This document shows positions 19,153-28,645 of a stretch of 64,000 nt of DNA, in pieces. Below the pieces are notes generated by a model. The model did no database searches and was not told the DNA's origin. It worked only from the letters and a program-made list of their open reading frames with translations. This stretch comes from an uncultured Clostridia bacterium (GTDB lineage: Bacteria > Bacillota > Clostridia > Christensenellales > CAG-314). Numbering within the stretch: the first letter of the stretch is position 1; every line of letters starts with the position of its first letter. Both the position numbers and the translations under genes were made by a program. Location: assembly GCA_947625725.1 (NCBI GenBank), contig CANQPI010000008.1, positions 3,159-67,158 of the forward strand. Direction: 5' to 3'.

Positions 19153-20955
19153 ATGAAACTGAATTACAAGCGTACGATTTTGGTTGGGTTTGCATTCTTT
19201 TTGATAAGCGCGTTTTGGCAAGCCTACGACACGATAATCCCGCTCATGCTCACAAACAAATTCGGTTTGGATCAAACGTGGTCGGGAGTGATAATGTCGC
19301 TGGATAACATTTTGGCGTTGTTTATGTTGCCGATATTCGGCGCGCTGTCGGACAAAAAGGACACGCGCTACGGCAAGCGCATGCCGTTTATCGTTATCGG
19401 CGCGATTGTCGCCATAGTTTGTTTTGTGGGATTGACGTTTGCGGACAACGCCCAACTAGCCAAAATATCCGAGGGTACAAAGGGTACCTATTGGACGGAA
19501 AACTACACTGTGGAAAACCGCGAGTATCACAACATCACCAACAAGGACGTACCCGCCGAATACACGGTGCGCGACTACGCCGCAAAGGTATATTTCAACA
19601 AAACTTACGACCAACTGACCGCCGAGCAACAACGGCAGACGGAAGCGTGGTACAAAGGCGAGGATCTCAACTACGACACGGTGTACGTTTACTCCAAACC
19701 CACCGACGGCGTAGAGGAAAACTACCGCTTGTGCAAAACGGAAAACGGCAAGTTGGTGTACGCCGACGACGGAAGTCCCGTCAGCGAACGCACCGCCAAT
19801 GCCTACTCGTCGCTGGTATCCGACGCGGAGGCGCAGTTTGCCAAGAGCGTTACCAAAGCAAATTGGTGGATACTCGTCATATTTATCGTGATACTGTTGG
19901 CGGTACTTGTAGCCATGGCAACATTCCGCAGTCCCGCCGTCGCGCTAATGCCCGACGTGACGGTCAAACCCTTGCGAAGCAAAGCCAACGCCGTAATAAA
20001 CCTGATGGGCACCGCGGGCGGACTGCTTGTGTTGCTACTCGGATTGGTATTCGGCACGGGCAAAGTATCCAATCAACTGATGAGTTACAGTTGGTTTGTG
20101 GTTGCGGTATGCGGTATCATGGCGGCGGCGTTGATCGTGTTTATGTTCACCGTAAAAGAAAAGCGTTGGAATCGCGAGATGTTGGACGCTCAGGCTGTGT
20201 TGGACGCAGAGGAAGAACGCGCGTCGCGCGAGCAAGCCTCTACCGAGCAAGGCGACGAACAGAAAGAAACAAAACCCGCCGCCGACGAAGCCGAGGCAAG
20301 CGACGACGAGATCAGCGCGCCGCAAACGCGCGAAAAACTGCCGAAAGACAAGATGAAATCGTTGATACTTATACTTGCCTCCGTTGCGCTGTGGTTCACG
20401 GGATACAACGCCATTACAAGCAAGTACAGCGTGTACGCGTTGAACGTACTCAACAAAGACTACAACGCCACGCTGATGATCGCGCAGGGCGCGGCGATAA
20501 TCGCCTACGTGCCCGTGGGCATGATAGCCTCCAAGATCGGTCGCAAAAAATCCATACTGTCCGGTATAGTAATGTTGACGGCGGCGTTTTTCGGAGCGAT
20601 ATTCATCAATTCGTCAAGTCCCGACTTTGTGCTGTGGATACTGTTTGCGTTGGCAGGTATCGGTTGGGCAACGATAAACGTCAACAGTTTCCCGATGGTC
20701 GTCGAGTTGTCCAAGGGCAGCAACATAGGCAAATACACGGGCTACTACTACACCGCGTCTATGGCGGCGCAAGTTATTACGCCCATTTTGAGCGGCGCGC
20801 TAATGGACGCGTTCGGCACAATGTCGATACTGTTCCCCTACGGCGCGATATTCGCCGCGGCGTCCTTTGTGACAATGCTGTTTGTCAAGCACGGCGACAG
20901 CAAACCGCAAACGCCCAAAGACAAGTTGGAAATGCTGAACGGCGCGGACGATTAG
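19153..20955 (+). CDS. MFS transporter (SLC45/GPH-like) with large hydrophilic insertions
   Basis: 600 aa. N-terminal motif GALSDKKDTRYGKRMPF is typical of this MFS clade. 12 predicted TM helices are interrupted by an insertion of about 140 aa and an acidic loop of about 70 aa. Confidence 0.85.
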   Translation: MKLNYKRTILVGFAFFLISAFWQAYDTIIPLMLTNKFGLDQTWSGVIMSLDNILALFMLPIFGALSDKKDTRYGKRMPFIVIGAIVAIVCFVGLTFADNAQLAKISEGTKGTYWTENYTVENREYHNITNKDVPAEYTVRDYAAKVYFNKTYDQLTAEQQRQTEAWYKGEDLNYDTVYVYSKPTDGVEENYRLCKTENGKLVYADDGSPVSERTANAYSSLVSDAEAQFAKSVTKANWWILVIFIVILLAVLVAMATFRSPAVALMPDVTVKPLRSKANAVINLMGTAGGLLVLLLGLVFGTGKVSNQLMSYSWFVVAVCGIMAAALIVFMFTVKEKRWNREMLDAQAVLDAEEERASREQASTEQGDEQKETKPAADEAEASDDEISAPQTREKLPKDKMKSLILILASVALWFTGYNAITSKYSVYALNVLNKDYNATLMIAQGAAIIAYVPVGMIASKIGRKKSILSGIVMLTAAFFGAIFINSSSPDFVLWILFALAGIGWATINVNSFPMVVELSKGSNIGKYTGYYYTASMAAQVITPILSGALMDAFGTMSILFPYGAIFAAASFVTMLFVKHGDSKPQTPKDKLEMLNGADD

Positions 20956-21035
20956 TATTCGCCCGACGAGCGCAAAAAAACAAAACCGTTGCGCGCAGAT
21001 CCGCCTTTCAACGCGGTTCACCAACTTAAAAATAT

Positions 21036-21071
21036 AAAAAAAAACCGACTTTCGCAAAAGTCGGTTTTTTT
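21036..21071. terminator. bidirectional Rho-independent terminator
   Basis: A9-CCGACUUUCGCAAAAGUCGG-T7, with an A-run and a T-run flanking a perfect hairpin. Confidence 0.7.
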
Positions 21072-21335
21072 ACTCCGACCAAACGCAAGTCGGTTCGGTT
21101 GACTAATGCTCCGCGCAACCGACCCCTACGGGGCGCATGTGCGCCGACTTGGTCGGACTGCTAAGGAAGTCGCTACACGCGCCTTCTCTGATTTGACTTT
21201 CGTCGGGGGTCTTGCCCCGACACCCCCAAGATTGTCTGCAATCGCCGCACAGGTCGCCGATTGCAGAAGGGATTTGAGTTTTGCTCGCTTGTGCGTTGTG
21301 TCCACACACACCCCGCGCTCGCTCAAATCCCTAAT
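21072..21335. ncRNA. candidate structured non-coding RNA or hairpin cluster (class unknown)
   Basis: GC-rich stretch inside a 470-nt convergent intergenic gap. Eight consecutive hairpins can be read directly: 21075-21093, 21123-21133, 21132-21145, 21144-21156, 21165-21186, 21202-21221, 21236-21266 (9 bp) and 21269-21331 (10-bp closing stem). Three overlapping 70-80-aa ORFs in different frames argue against coding. Confidence 0.3.
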
Positions 21336-21541
21336 TAGTTGAAATTTTGTTTGCAAAAATTAGCCGAAAACTATATTAGCATCCGTTCTTTAATAACTTG
21401 GCTGGGTACTTATTTTTGCATAGTAGGTTTGAAACAACTGTTTTTCTACTACTGTCTAATCACACAATCCCAACATTTATTATAAAACAATTTTTATCCC
21501 CGTTATATATTTGCAAAAACATACGGCACTTGCGGCGGTTG

Positions 21542-22360
21542 TTACAACAAGTCCAACACGCGCGAAAACTCCACGCCGAAACGGCGGTCGGTGCACTCGG
21601 TCGCGCGAGCGGCTTTTTCCACAAAATTAGCCGCTACCTGCGTGGCAACAAACAAATCGACGCCGCGCATAACTTCGCCCAGAACAACGGAACTGAAAAC
21701 GTCGCCCGTGCCCGAGTAAGTAATTTGCACGCGCTCGTTTGTTACAAAACGCACCGCAGAGCCGTCCAACACCACGTTACCGATATATTTTCCACATTCA
21801 ACGCCCGTTATCACCGCGCTCTTTGCGCCTGTTTTGCTCAAAAAGTTCGCAAACGTTTTGCCGACGCGCGCAAGAAAAGCGGGTTCGTCGCGATAGGACG
21901 TCAATTTGAAATAGTCCTCGTCGGCAAGCAAACACGCCTCCGTCAAATTGGGAGTAATACAATCCGCCAAGGCGACCAATTTGCGCATTTCGTCAAGATA
22001 CCCGCCGTCGAAAACGGGATATAACTTGCCGTTGTCGCCCATTATCGGATCGACAAGCACAAAGGAGTCCGAAAGTTGCGAACTCTGCACAAAACCCGTG
22101 ATCGCGGACAAAATTTCGCTGTCGTTGCCAAAGCCCACGTATATTGCGTCGGGCTTGCGGTAGTCGGTCAAAATTTCCGCAAACTTCGCCACGTCGCCGT
22201 TGCGCTGACATCTGAATCCGTCAAAACCCGTCTGACAACTGTAATTGCCCGTCACAAGGGGCATTGCGTAGTGTCCCAACTTGGCAAAAACGGGCAAATT
22301 TGCGCCCAAAGAGCAATTGCCCAAGCCGGATATATCGTTGAATATCAATATGTTTTTCAT
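21542..22360 (-). CDS. pyridoxal/pyridoxamine kinase (ribokinase superfamily)
   Basis: 272 aa. ILIFNDISGLGNCSLGANLPVFAKLGHYAMPLVT at the N-terminus and the C-terminal GTGDVFSS anion hole are typical of the PdxK/PdxY family. Confidence 0.78.
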   Translation of the reverse strand: MKNILIFNDISGLGNCSLGANLPVFAKLGHYAMPLVTGNYSCQTGFDGFRCQRNGDVAKFAEILTDYRKPDAIYVGFGNDSEILSAITGFVQSSQLSDSFVLVDPIMGDNGKLYPVFDGGYLDEMRKLVALADCITPNLTEACLLADEDYFKLTSYRDEPAFLARVGKTFANFLSKTGAKSAVITGVECGKYIGNVVLDGSAVRFVTNERVQITYSGTGDVFSSVVLGEVMRGVDLFVATQVAANFVEKAARATECTDRRFGVEFSRVLDLL

Positions 22361-22374
22361 AATTTTAGTCTGAC

Positions 22375-23061
22375 TTAATCGCGCGGTTCGGTCGTATCTT
22401 GTCGTTGGTCGGGGTCGCTTTCGTCGCTATCGACGTTTTGTTGTTCGTCACCCTGCGCGTCGTCCGCTTGCGAACTCGGCTGTTGCTCGGCAGATTGCAC
22501 GGATTGTTTGTCCGCGGCAAAATCCGCCAACCCGACAAACAGTCTGAGCGGCAACGCCCGCAAAATAAACCACACCGCAAATCCCACAATTATTCCCGCC
22601 AAAACGCCCACAAGAGCCAACCAAGGCATGTAGGCGAACATTTCGGGCGTGTTGCTGACCAAGCAAAACACCACGTTCTGCGCCAAATTGTGCATGACCG
22701 CCGCCACTATGGAAATTGCCACAATGGAAACGCGCGGATATGCAAACTCCACCAACACCGACGAAACCGCCACGCTGACAAGTCCCGCAGTCATGCTGTA
22801 CAGCAATGTGGAAACGTTGCCCGTAAACACGCTGCCCAACGCCGTCCGCACAATCACCAACACAAACGCCTCGGTAGGTCCCAACACAAAAAGGGCAAGC
22901 AACGAAAATATGTTGGAAAGTCCCATCTTTGCGCCCGGCAAAAACAACGGCGGAAACAGGCTCTCTATCATGAACATGATGAGTCCCATTGCCGTCAGTA
23001 CCGACAGCGTAGCAATGCGCTTGGCGGAAAAGAATTTGGGTTTGCCGCTGAGATTTGTCAC
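22375..23061 (-). CDS. Gx transporter family membrane protein (Hpre_diP_synt_I-like)
   Basis: Polytopic, with LFLPGAKMGLSNIFSLLALFVLG and an acidic C-tail. Preferred start is the GTG at 23061, 7 nt after AAGGTGG, forming a GTGA overlap with the upstream stop. Confidence 0.72.
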   Translation of the reverse strand: MTNLSGKPKFFSAKRIATLSVLTAMGLIMFMIESLFPPLFLPGAKMGLSNIFSLLALFVLGPTEAFVLVIVRTALGSVFTGNVSTLLYSMTAGLVSVAVSSVLVEFAYPRVSIVAISIVAAVMHNLAQNVVFCLVSNTPEMFAYMPWLALVGVLAGIIVGFAVWFILRALPLRLFVGLADFAADKQSVQSAEQQPSSQADDAQGDEQQNVDSDESDPDQRQDTTEPRD

Positions 23062-25103
23062 TCTGTTACCACCTTTAACCTGTTGGGACTGCACACTATC
23101 GCGCCGCCCGAACGCGTGACGGCAGGAAAGTTGCGCACGCAATCCTGATGAAAACCGCACACGGAATTTGTCATTTTGACGTTGGCGGACCTGCCGCGCG
23201 TCACAGTCAGTTCGTTAAAACGTTCGTCGCCGTCTATTTGGCGACTGAAACGGACGGTAACTCCGTTATCCGTCGGAGTACATTCGATTTTCCATCCGTT
23301 TGTGTTGCCGTAGTTTGCAATGTATTCGTCGCGTTGCATGTTGTACACAAACAATTCCTCGCCCGTTTGGTCGTCGATAACGCGCACAAGTTGTATCTGC
23401 GTGTTGTCCGTATCGAACACAAACACCGCAAACAAAATCAATATCACAAGCACAACGCCCATGTAGACAAGTATATCGCCGAATTTGAAAGGTTTGTCCT
23501 TGCGCGCCGACTGCACCTTGGCGGCAGTGGACTTGCGCCCGCGAACAAAGTGATAAACCACCAATCCGATAACCGCCGCGCCCAACACGCAACCCAAAAC
23601 TATCACAAGAGTTTTGTAGGGATCGCCCGCCACGTTGAATTTGACGTTTGGGTCGTAAAAATAATTGCCGTCCTCGTCCAAAACAAGCGCCCAACCGAAC
23701 TCGGCAAAACTATCCGACGCGGCTGTCAGTTCATCTGTCGAATAGTTGGTAAGCAGTTGTTTGCGCCCGTCGGGGGTTTGGTATTGCACGGCGATCTTTA
23801 TTCCGCGCTCTTTGAGGTAGCCGTTGACAAAGTCCACAATGAGATCTCTGTCCATTACCGTCAACGCGGTGGTCAGACAATCGCCCTTTGCCGCCCAATT
23901 GTCGCCCGCGCTGTCGGGTATCACAACCGTTACCGACTTGACGCCCGTTTGCGCGGGTTCGCCCATTGCGCCGTCCAGAATGTGCGCATACTCCACGCCG
24001 TCCACGGTGTACTTGCGCACGTTTTGTCCGCTGGTAGATACACTGCTGTCTTGCAGTTGCAGGCTGAACAACGCCGTCGGGAACAATGCCGAAGCGGGAT
24101 CGAACGCGTCGATAACGCCCAAATTTGCCTCTCCCTTGTACGCCATACTGCTACTGCCCGCGTCCACGTTGAATTTGTCAAAGTTCAAATCGCTGTCGGA
24201 TAGCATTTGTTTGATACCGTCCACCGCGTAGCCCTTGGCGATACCGCCGAGATCTATCCACTGTTCGTAGGCTTTGCCGTCGCCCTCGACGCGCGCCGCT
24301 CGGACGCGCTTGGTAACGAAATACTCGTCGCCCTCGCAGGACAACTCCACCGACTGCGGAGAAAAATCCGTAAACGCGGGGTCGGAGAAAGCCTTTGTAT
24401 ATTTTTCGTCGGGCAAGGGGTAGCCGTTTTGCCCAAATTCGGCTGCGCTGACGGCTCTATCATAGGGTTCGCCGTAGGGTTCGCCGAATTCGCCCCTGCT
24501 GTAAATACGCGAGGAAAATCCCCACAAGTCCACCAAACGGTACACCGCGGGGTCAAACGCGCCCTCCGTCGCCGTGTACATCTCCTGCGCAATGGCAAGC
24601 ATGTTGTAGGTGAGTCGGTCGATTTGCAACTTGTCGCCGTAGGTCGCGCAATTGTAGCGGTACACGTCGGATACGGGAAGCGACGATCCGTCGTCGAATT
24701 CTCTGCCGTCGTAGGCGGCGTTTGCAAGACGGTCCACTTCGGTTATGTAGTTGTGCACCTCGTCGAAAAGAGCCACCAAACGATTGCGTACTTGCATTTG
24801 CGCTTGATCGAGGTTGTCGTCGCCCAAGAAAAAGTTCAAACTGTCCGAATAGACGTCCGCGCACACCACGATACCGCTCGTTCCAAAATAGTACCCGCTA
24901 AATCGCACTCCGACAGGCTTGTTCTCCTGCGAGTTGTTGACAATGGTAACAAGATTGTATTTGACGTTTCCCTGCTCGTCAGCGACCAAGTAGCCTGCCT
25001 CGCCGTTCGAATCGGCGCGCGCAAAATCACCGCACGAAACGAGCGATACAAGCAAAACGCCGCACAACAGCAATATGGCAAACGTCAAACAAAATTTTTT
25101 CAC
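23058..25103 (-). CDS. lipoprotein fusion: FAD:protein FMN transferase (ApbE) + TM segment + NusG domain II-like (DUF1312) module
   Basis: 681 aa. Lipobox LVSLVSC. ApbE motifs FDPAVYRLVDLWGF, IDLGGIAKGYAVDG and VSTSGQNVRKY...YAHILD. Mid-protein TM helices. The C-terminus (...CGFHQDCVRNF...GGAIVCSPNRLKVV) resembles NusG_II proteins. Confidence 0.8.
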   Translation of the reverse strand: MKKFCLTFAILLLCGVLLVSLVSCGDFARADSNGEAGYLVADEQGNVKYNLVTIVNNSQENKPVGVRFSGYYFGTSGIVVCADVYSDSLNFFLGDDNLDQAQMQVRNRLVALFDEVHNYITEVDRLANAAYDGREFDDGSSLPVSDVYRYNCATYGDKLQIDRLTYNMLAIAQEMYTATEGAFDPAVYRLVDLWGFSSRIYSRGEFGEPYGEPYDRAVSAAEFGQNGYPLPDEKYTKAFSDPAFTDFSPQSVELSCEGDEYFVTKRVRAARVEGDGKAYEQWIDLGGIAKGYAVDGIKQMLSDSDLNFDKFNVDAGSSSMAYKGEANLGVIDAFDPASALFPTALFSLQLQDSSVSTSGQNVRKYTVDGVEYAHILDGAMGEPAQTGVKSVTVVIPDSAGDNWAAKGDCLTTALTVMDRDLIVDFVNGYLKERGIKIAVQYQTPDGRKQLLTNYSTDELTAASDSFAEFGWALVLDEDGNYFYDPNVKFNVAGDPYKTLVIVLGCVLGAAVIGLVVYHFVRGRKSTAAKVQSARKDKPFKFGDILVYMGVVLVILILFAVFVFDTDNTQIQLVRVIDDQTGEELFVYNMQRDEYIANYGNTNGWKIECTPTDNGVTVRFSRQIDGDERFNELTVTRGRSANVKMTNSVCGFHQDCVRNFPAVTRSGGAIVCSPNRLKVVTE

Positions 25104-25165
25104 GCGGACTCCTTGTTACATCAACATTCTACTATAATACGACAAATTTGGCAAGCATTGCATTT

Positions 25166-26122
25166 TCAGGATTTGTGAATGACAATTTGAGGATAGGGTA
25201 TGTCAATGTGATTTTCGTCAAACATATTTTTGACGGCGGCGTTCAACTCGCGACCCGCGTCAAATATATCCGCCTCTTTGCTGTGGCAGGTAAATTGCAA
25301 CGTAACTCCGCTCGCGCCCAGATTGGCAACGCCGTTGTAGGCGACTTCGTCCAAAGCGTGGGGTACTTTGAGTTCGCCGAGATGCGCGCCGATCACCTTT
25401 TCGATTTCAGGCAGGCGAGCCTCGTACTGCACGTCGATCAGAGTTTTTACCACGGATACGTCGTTATCCAGATTGATAACTCCGCGCAAATCGCTGTTGT
25501 TGATTATCTTGACGTTGCCTGCGGCTTTCAACTTGGTGGTACGGATACCGATAGACACCACTTCGCCGCGGAAGTCGCCCACCGTCACCCAATCGCCGAC
25601 GTTAAATTCGTTTTCGAACACAATGAACAAGCCCGCGACAATGTCGCCGATAAGCGACTGCATGCCGAGTCCTACGATCAAGGTCAACACTCCCGCTCCC
25701 GTGATGAGCGCGGTGGTATCCACGCCGAAGTCGGACAGCACAATGATAACGGCAATTATCGCCGAAAGCCAATTGAGCAGGTTGATAAGCAACCGCGAAA
25801 CCGTTATGCCGCGCTGCGTTTTGCGGAAACACTTTTGCAAAATGAGCGAAACGATCGTAACGATAAACAACAAAATGGTAAGCGAACGTATGCACTTTAC
25901 CAACGTGGGCACGATCCCGATCACGTCATTGAGCAACTTGCTGCCGGTATTGGGAGAGAGAAACCAACTTTCCTCGCCGAACAGTTGCTCGTAAAACACG
26001 TAACTCAACACCGTAACTACCAACATCAAGGACAAAATGATCCATCTTGCGGGCGATACGGCTCTGATACGCTTTTTGACGTTTTCGACTTCTTGCTTTG
26101 TTTTTTCTTTGATTTTAGACAT
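25166..26122 (-). CDS. mechanosensitive ion channel (MscS family)
   Basis: 318 aa with 3 TM helices. The pore helix/beta domain motif is GAGVLTLIVGLGMQSLIGDIVAGLFIVFENEFNVGDWV. Confidence 0.9.
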   Translation of the reverse strand: MSKIKEKTKQEVENVKKRIRAVSPARWIILSLMLVVTVLSYVFYEQLFGEESWFLSPNTGSKLLNDVIGIVPTLVKCIRSLTILLFIVTIVSLILQKCFRKTQRGITVSRLLINLLNWLSAIIAVIIVLSDFGVDTTALITGAGVLTLIVGLGMQSLIGDIVAGLFIVFENEFNVGDWVTVGDFRGEVVSIGIRTTKLKAAGNVKIINNSDLRGVINLDNDVSVVKTLIDVQYEARLPEIEKVIGAHLGELKVPHALDEVAYNGVANLGASGVTLQFTCHSKEADIFDAGRELNAAVKNMFDENHIDIPYPQIVIHKS

Positions 26123-26349
26123 ATAGCAAATTCTCCTTTTTTAGAGTGATAGGCATATTATACAACTTTTCGAATATAAACACAATAAAAACGCTTGCGC
26201 AAAACTTCTTTTTGCGTACAAAAACAAAACGATTCGAAACGCGACGGCAAACGCGCGCAATATACCTAAAATTTCGACAAACCCCATATCTATAAAAAAT
26301 TCTTATGGGTTTGCCAAAAAAATTTTAGGCGAAACCCCTATCAAATCGT

Positions 26350-26378
26350 TTGGCGAGTAGGGGATAATATGCTATAAT
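26350..26378 (+). promoter_or_regulatory. sigma-A type promoter for the FMN-binding lipoprotein gene
   Basis: TTGGCG, 17-nt spacer, TATAAT, with a TGn extended -10. Confidence 0.5.
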
Positions 26379-26500
26379 TACGCTGGAAATTGTGTTTGCA
26401 CGGTCGCTTGGTCAACCGAGCAAAGCGTTTCCCCAAAACAGTTTTCACGGCGAAAGCCTTGAAATACAAAAAATATATTTTTTGAAGGAGAAACAGAATT

Positions 26501-27004
26501 ATGAAAAAAGTACTTGTTATTGCTCTTGCAGTGATACTTGTAGTTTCCGCAGTTTGCGTTCTCGCTGCTTGCGACAACGGTGAAGTCTACGAGGGTCAAT
26601 GCAGTTACACGGTCAGCGATTGGAATACCACCTACGGTGCCAAAGTAAAAGTTCACGTAAAAGGCAATACGATAACCGAGGTTGAACTTCTTACCGACGA
26701 AGAAACCGGTTGGCATCGTACGACATCCTCTTGGCAGAAGGATGCAACTCCCGGCGATCTTGGTTACACTGACGCCGAAGCGGCCTATGATTCATATCTT
26801 GCAAAATTTAAGGGCAAAACCGTTGACGAAGTTAAAGCCATCCAAGTCACCGTTCTCAGTGGGAACGTAACCCAAGCACAGTCTTACACTGTAACAGTTG
26901 CAAATAAGACCGGTTGGTGGAATCTCACGGGCGCAACTCAATCTTCTGCTCGTATCATTGCTGCTATTCAAAACGCTTTGAGCAAAATCCCCGCTGCGGA
27001 ATAA
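26501..27004 (+). CDS. FMN-binding domain lipoprotein (likely ApbE substrate)
   Basis: 167 aa. Lipobox VLAAC. The C-terminal LTGATQSSARII matches the [S/T]GA[T/S] flavinylation motif of FMN_bind domains. Confidence 0.75.
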   Translation: MKKVLVIALAVILVVSAVCVLAACDNGEVYEGQCSYTVSDWNTTYGAKVKVHVKGNTITEVELLTDEETGWHRTTSSWQKDATPGDLGYTDAEAAYDSYLAKFKGKTVDEVKAIQVTVLSGNVTQAQSYTVTVANKTGWWNLTGATQSSARIIAAIQNALSKIPAAE

Positions 27005-27016
27005 CCTTTATTTCAC

Positions 27017-27050
27017 AAAAAAACTCGATCCTTGCGGACCGAGTTTTTTT
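27017..27050. terminator. bidirectional Rho-independent terminator (FMN lipoprotein gene / proS)
   Basis: A-run, ACUCGAUCC UUGC GGACCGAGU, then T7. Confidence 0.6.
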
Positions 27051-27122
27051 GTTGTAAATTTTTGCCGAATGACGAGAGTTTGGCAATACCGAGCGTTACC
27101 GCGCGACCTTTGCCGCGCAATA

Positions 27123-28559
27123 TCAATACGCTCTCGCGACAATGGCGACCGTGAGATCGTCGCCGCCCTTGCCGCAACAGGTACATACGTTTTGGAAAGG
27201 TTCTTCGTCCAACATTACGCGGACGGTGGCTTGGAACTTCTCCTTGAACAGAGCCTCGCAAGCGGGGTCTTTGTCCCACACCACTTTGGCGAAACACTTG
27301 CTGTCCAGAATTTCGCCCAACTCGCGCATGTCGTGAGCGTACTTGACGTGACTGTCGCGAAATGCGAGAGATTTGTTGTACATTGCGATTTGAATTTCAT
27401 CCATAAGCGCGAGAACGCCGTCCGCAATGCCGTTGAGCGGCAAAGTAAACTTGTCGCACGTGTCGCGGCGCGAGCAGGTGGCGACGCCGTTTTCGATGTC
27501 GCGCGGACCTATCTCCACGCGTAGAGGCACGCCTTTCATCTCCCACTCGTTGAACTTCCAACCGGGGGATTGGTCGCGAGTATCCAACTCTACGCGCAAG
27601 CCCTTGGCTTTGAGTTGCTCGGCAACTTGGGCGGCTTTGTCCGATACGCCCTCCTTGTGAGCGGCAACGGGAATGACCACAACTTGCACGGGCGCGACCT
27701 TGGGCGGCAACACAAGTCCGCGTTGATCGCCGTGCGCCATGATAAGCCCGCCGATAAGTCGCGTGCTGACGCCCCAACTTGATTGCCACACATATTTGTG
27801 CGTGCCGTCCTTGTCGAGGAACTGAATGTCGTAGGCGCGGCTGAACTTTTGCCCGAAATGGTGAGTTGTACCCGCCTGCAAACTTTTGCCGTCCAACATC
27901 ATTGCTTCCATGCCGAAAGTCGCTTCCGCACCGGCGAATTTTTCCTTTTCGCTCTTTTGCCCGACAAAAGTGGGCATTGCAAGGAAATCGCGCGCAAAAT
28001 CTTGGTAAAGGTGCAACATGTCGATTGTTTCCCGCAGAGATTCCTCGCGCGTGGCGTGGATCGTGTGACCCTCCTGCCACAAAAACTCCGATGTGCGCAA
28101 AAAGGGTCGAGTCGTCTTTTCCCAACGCACCACGTTTGCCCATTGGTTGAGTTTGAGGGGCAGATCGCGGTAACTGTTGATCCACTTGGAATACATACTG
28201 CAAATGATGGTTTCGCTCGTGGGACGAATGACTACGGGCTCGGCAAGTTGTTCGCCGCCCGCCACGTTGACGACTGCCACCTCGGGCGCAAAGCCCTCGA
28301 CGTGTTCCGCCTCCTTGGTGAGCAAACTCATGGGAATGAGCATTGGGAAGTAGGCGTTTTGGTGTCCCGTGGCTTTGAAACGGGCGTCAAGTTCGCGCTG
28401 AATGTTTTCCCATATTGCGTATCCGTAGGGGCGAATGACCATTGTGCCCTTGACGGGACCGTAGTCCACAAGTTGCGTTTTGAGTACCACGTCGGTGTAC
28501 CATTGCGTAAAGTTCTCGTTGATGTCGGCTATTTGCGTGACAAACTGTTTTTCGGACAT
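27123..28559 (-). CDS. proS: proline--tRNA ligase (archaeal/eukaryote-like short form)
   Basis: 478 aa. Class II motifs (IRPTSET, FLRTSEFLWQEGHT, GVSTRLIGGLIM), an anticodon-binding domain and a C-terminal Zn-like domain. No INS editing domain. Confidence 0.95.
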   Translation of the reverse strand: MSEKQFVTQIADINENFTQWYTDVVLKTQLVDYGPVKGTMVIRPYGYAIWENIQRELDARFKATGHQNAYFPMLIPMSLLTKEAEHVEGFAPEVAVVNVAGGEQLAEPVVIRPTSETIICSMYSKWINSYRDLPLKLNQWANVVRWEKTTRPFLRTSEFLWQEGHTIHATREESLRETIDMLHLYQDFARDFLAMPTFVGQKSEKEKFAGAEATFGMEAMMLDGKSLQAGTTHHFGQKFSRAYDIQFLDKDGTHKYVWQSSWGVSTRLIGGLIMAHGDQRGLVLPPKVAPVQVVVIPVAAHKEGVSDKAAQVAEQLKAKGLRVELDTRDQSPGWKFNEWEMKGVPLRVEIGPRDIENGVATCSRRDTCDKFTLPLNGIADGVLALMDEIQIAMYNKSLAFRDSHVKYAHDMRELGEILDSKCFAKVVWDKDPACEALFKEKFQATVRVMLDEEPFQNVCTCCGKGGDDLTVAIVARAY

Positions 28560-28645
28560 ATTTTTCTCCTGAATGAGTTATTTGTTGTAATGTTACGAGG
28601 GCGAATTGAGTCCTACCCTATTGCTTTATTTGGTCATTTTCGATA

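Noticed and set aside
21072-21335. tmRNA, RNase P RNA, SRP/4.5S RNA, 6S RNA or a hammerhead ribozyme in the GC-rich intergenic hairpin cluster.
   Set aside because: There is no GGUUCGA T-loop or acceptor end (tmRNA). There are no GAGGAAAGUCC or ACAGAA blocks, and the stretch is too short (RNase P). There is no GGAA-tetraloop/AGCA domain IV (SRP). GUCGGGG...CCCCGAC-GAAA-GUC resembles a hammerhead stem II plus GAAA, but the required upstream CUGANGA is absent.
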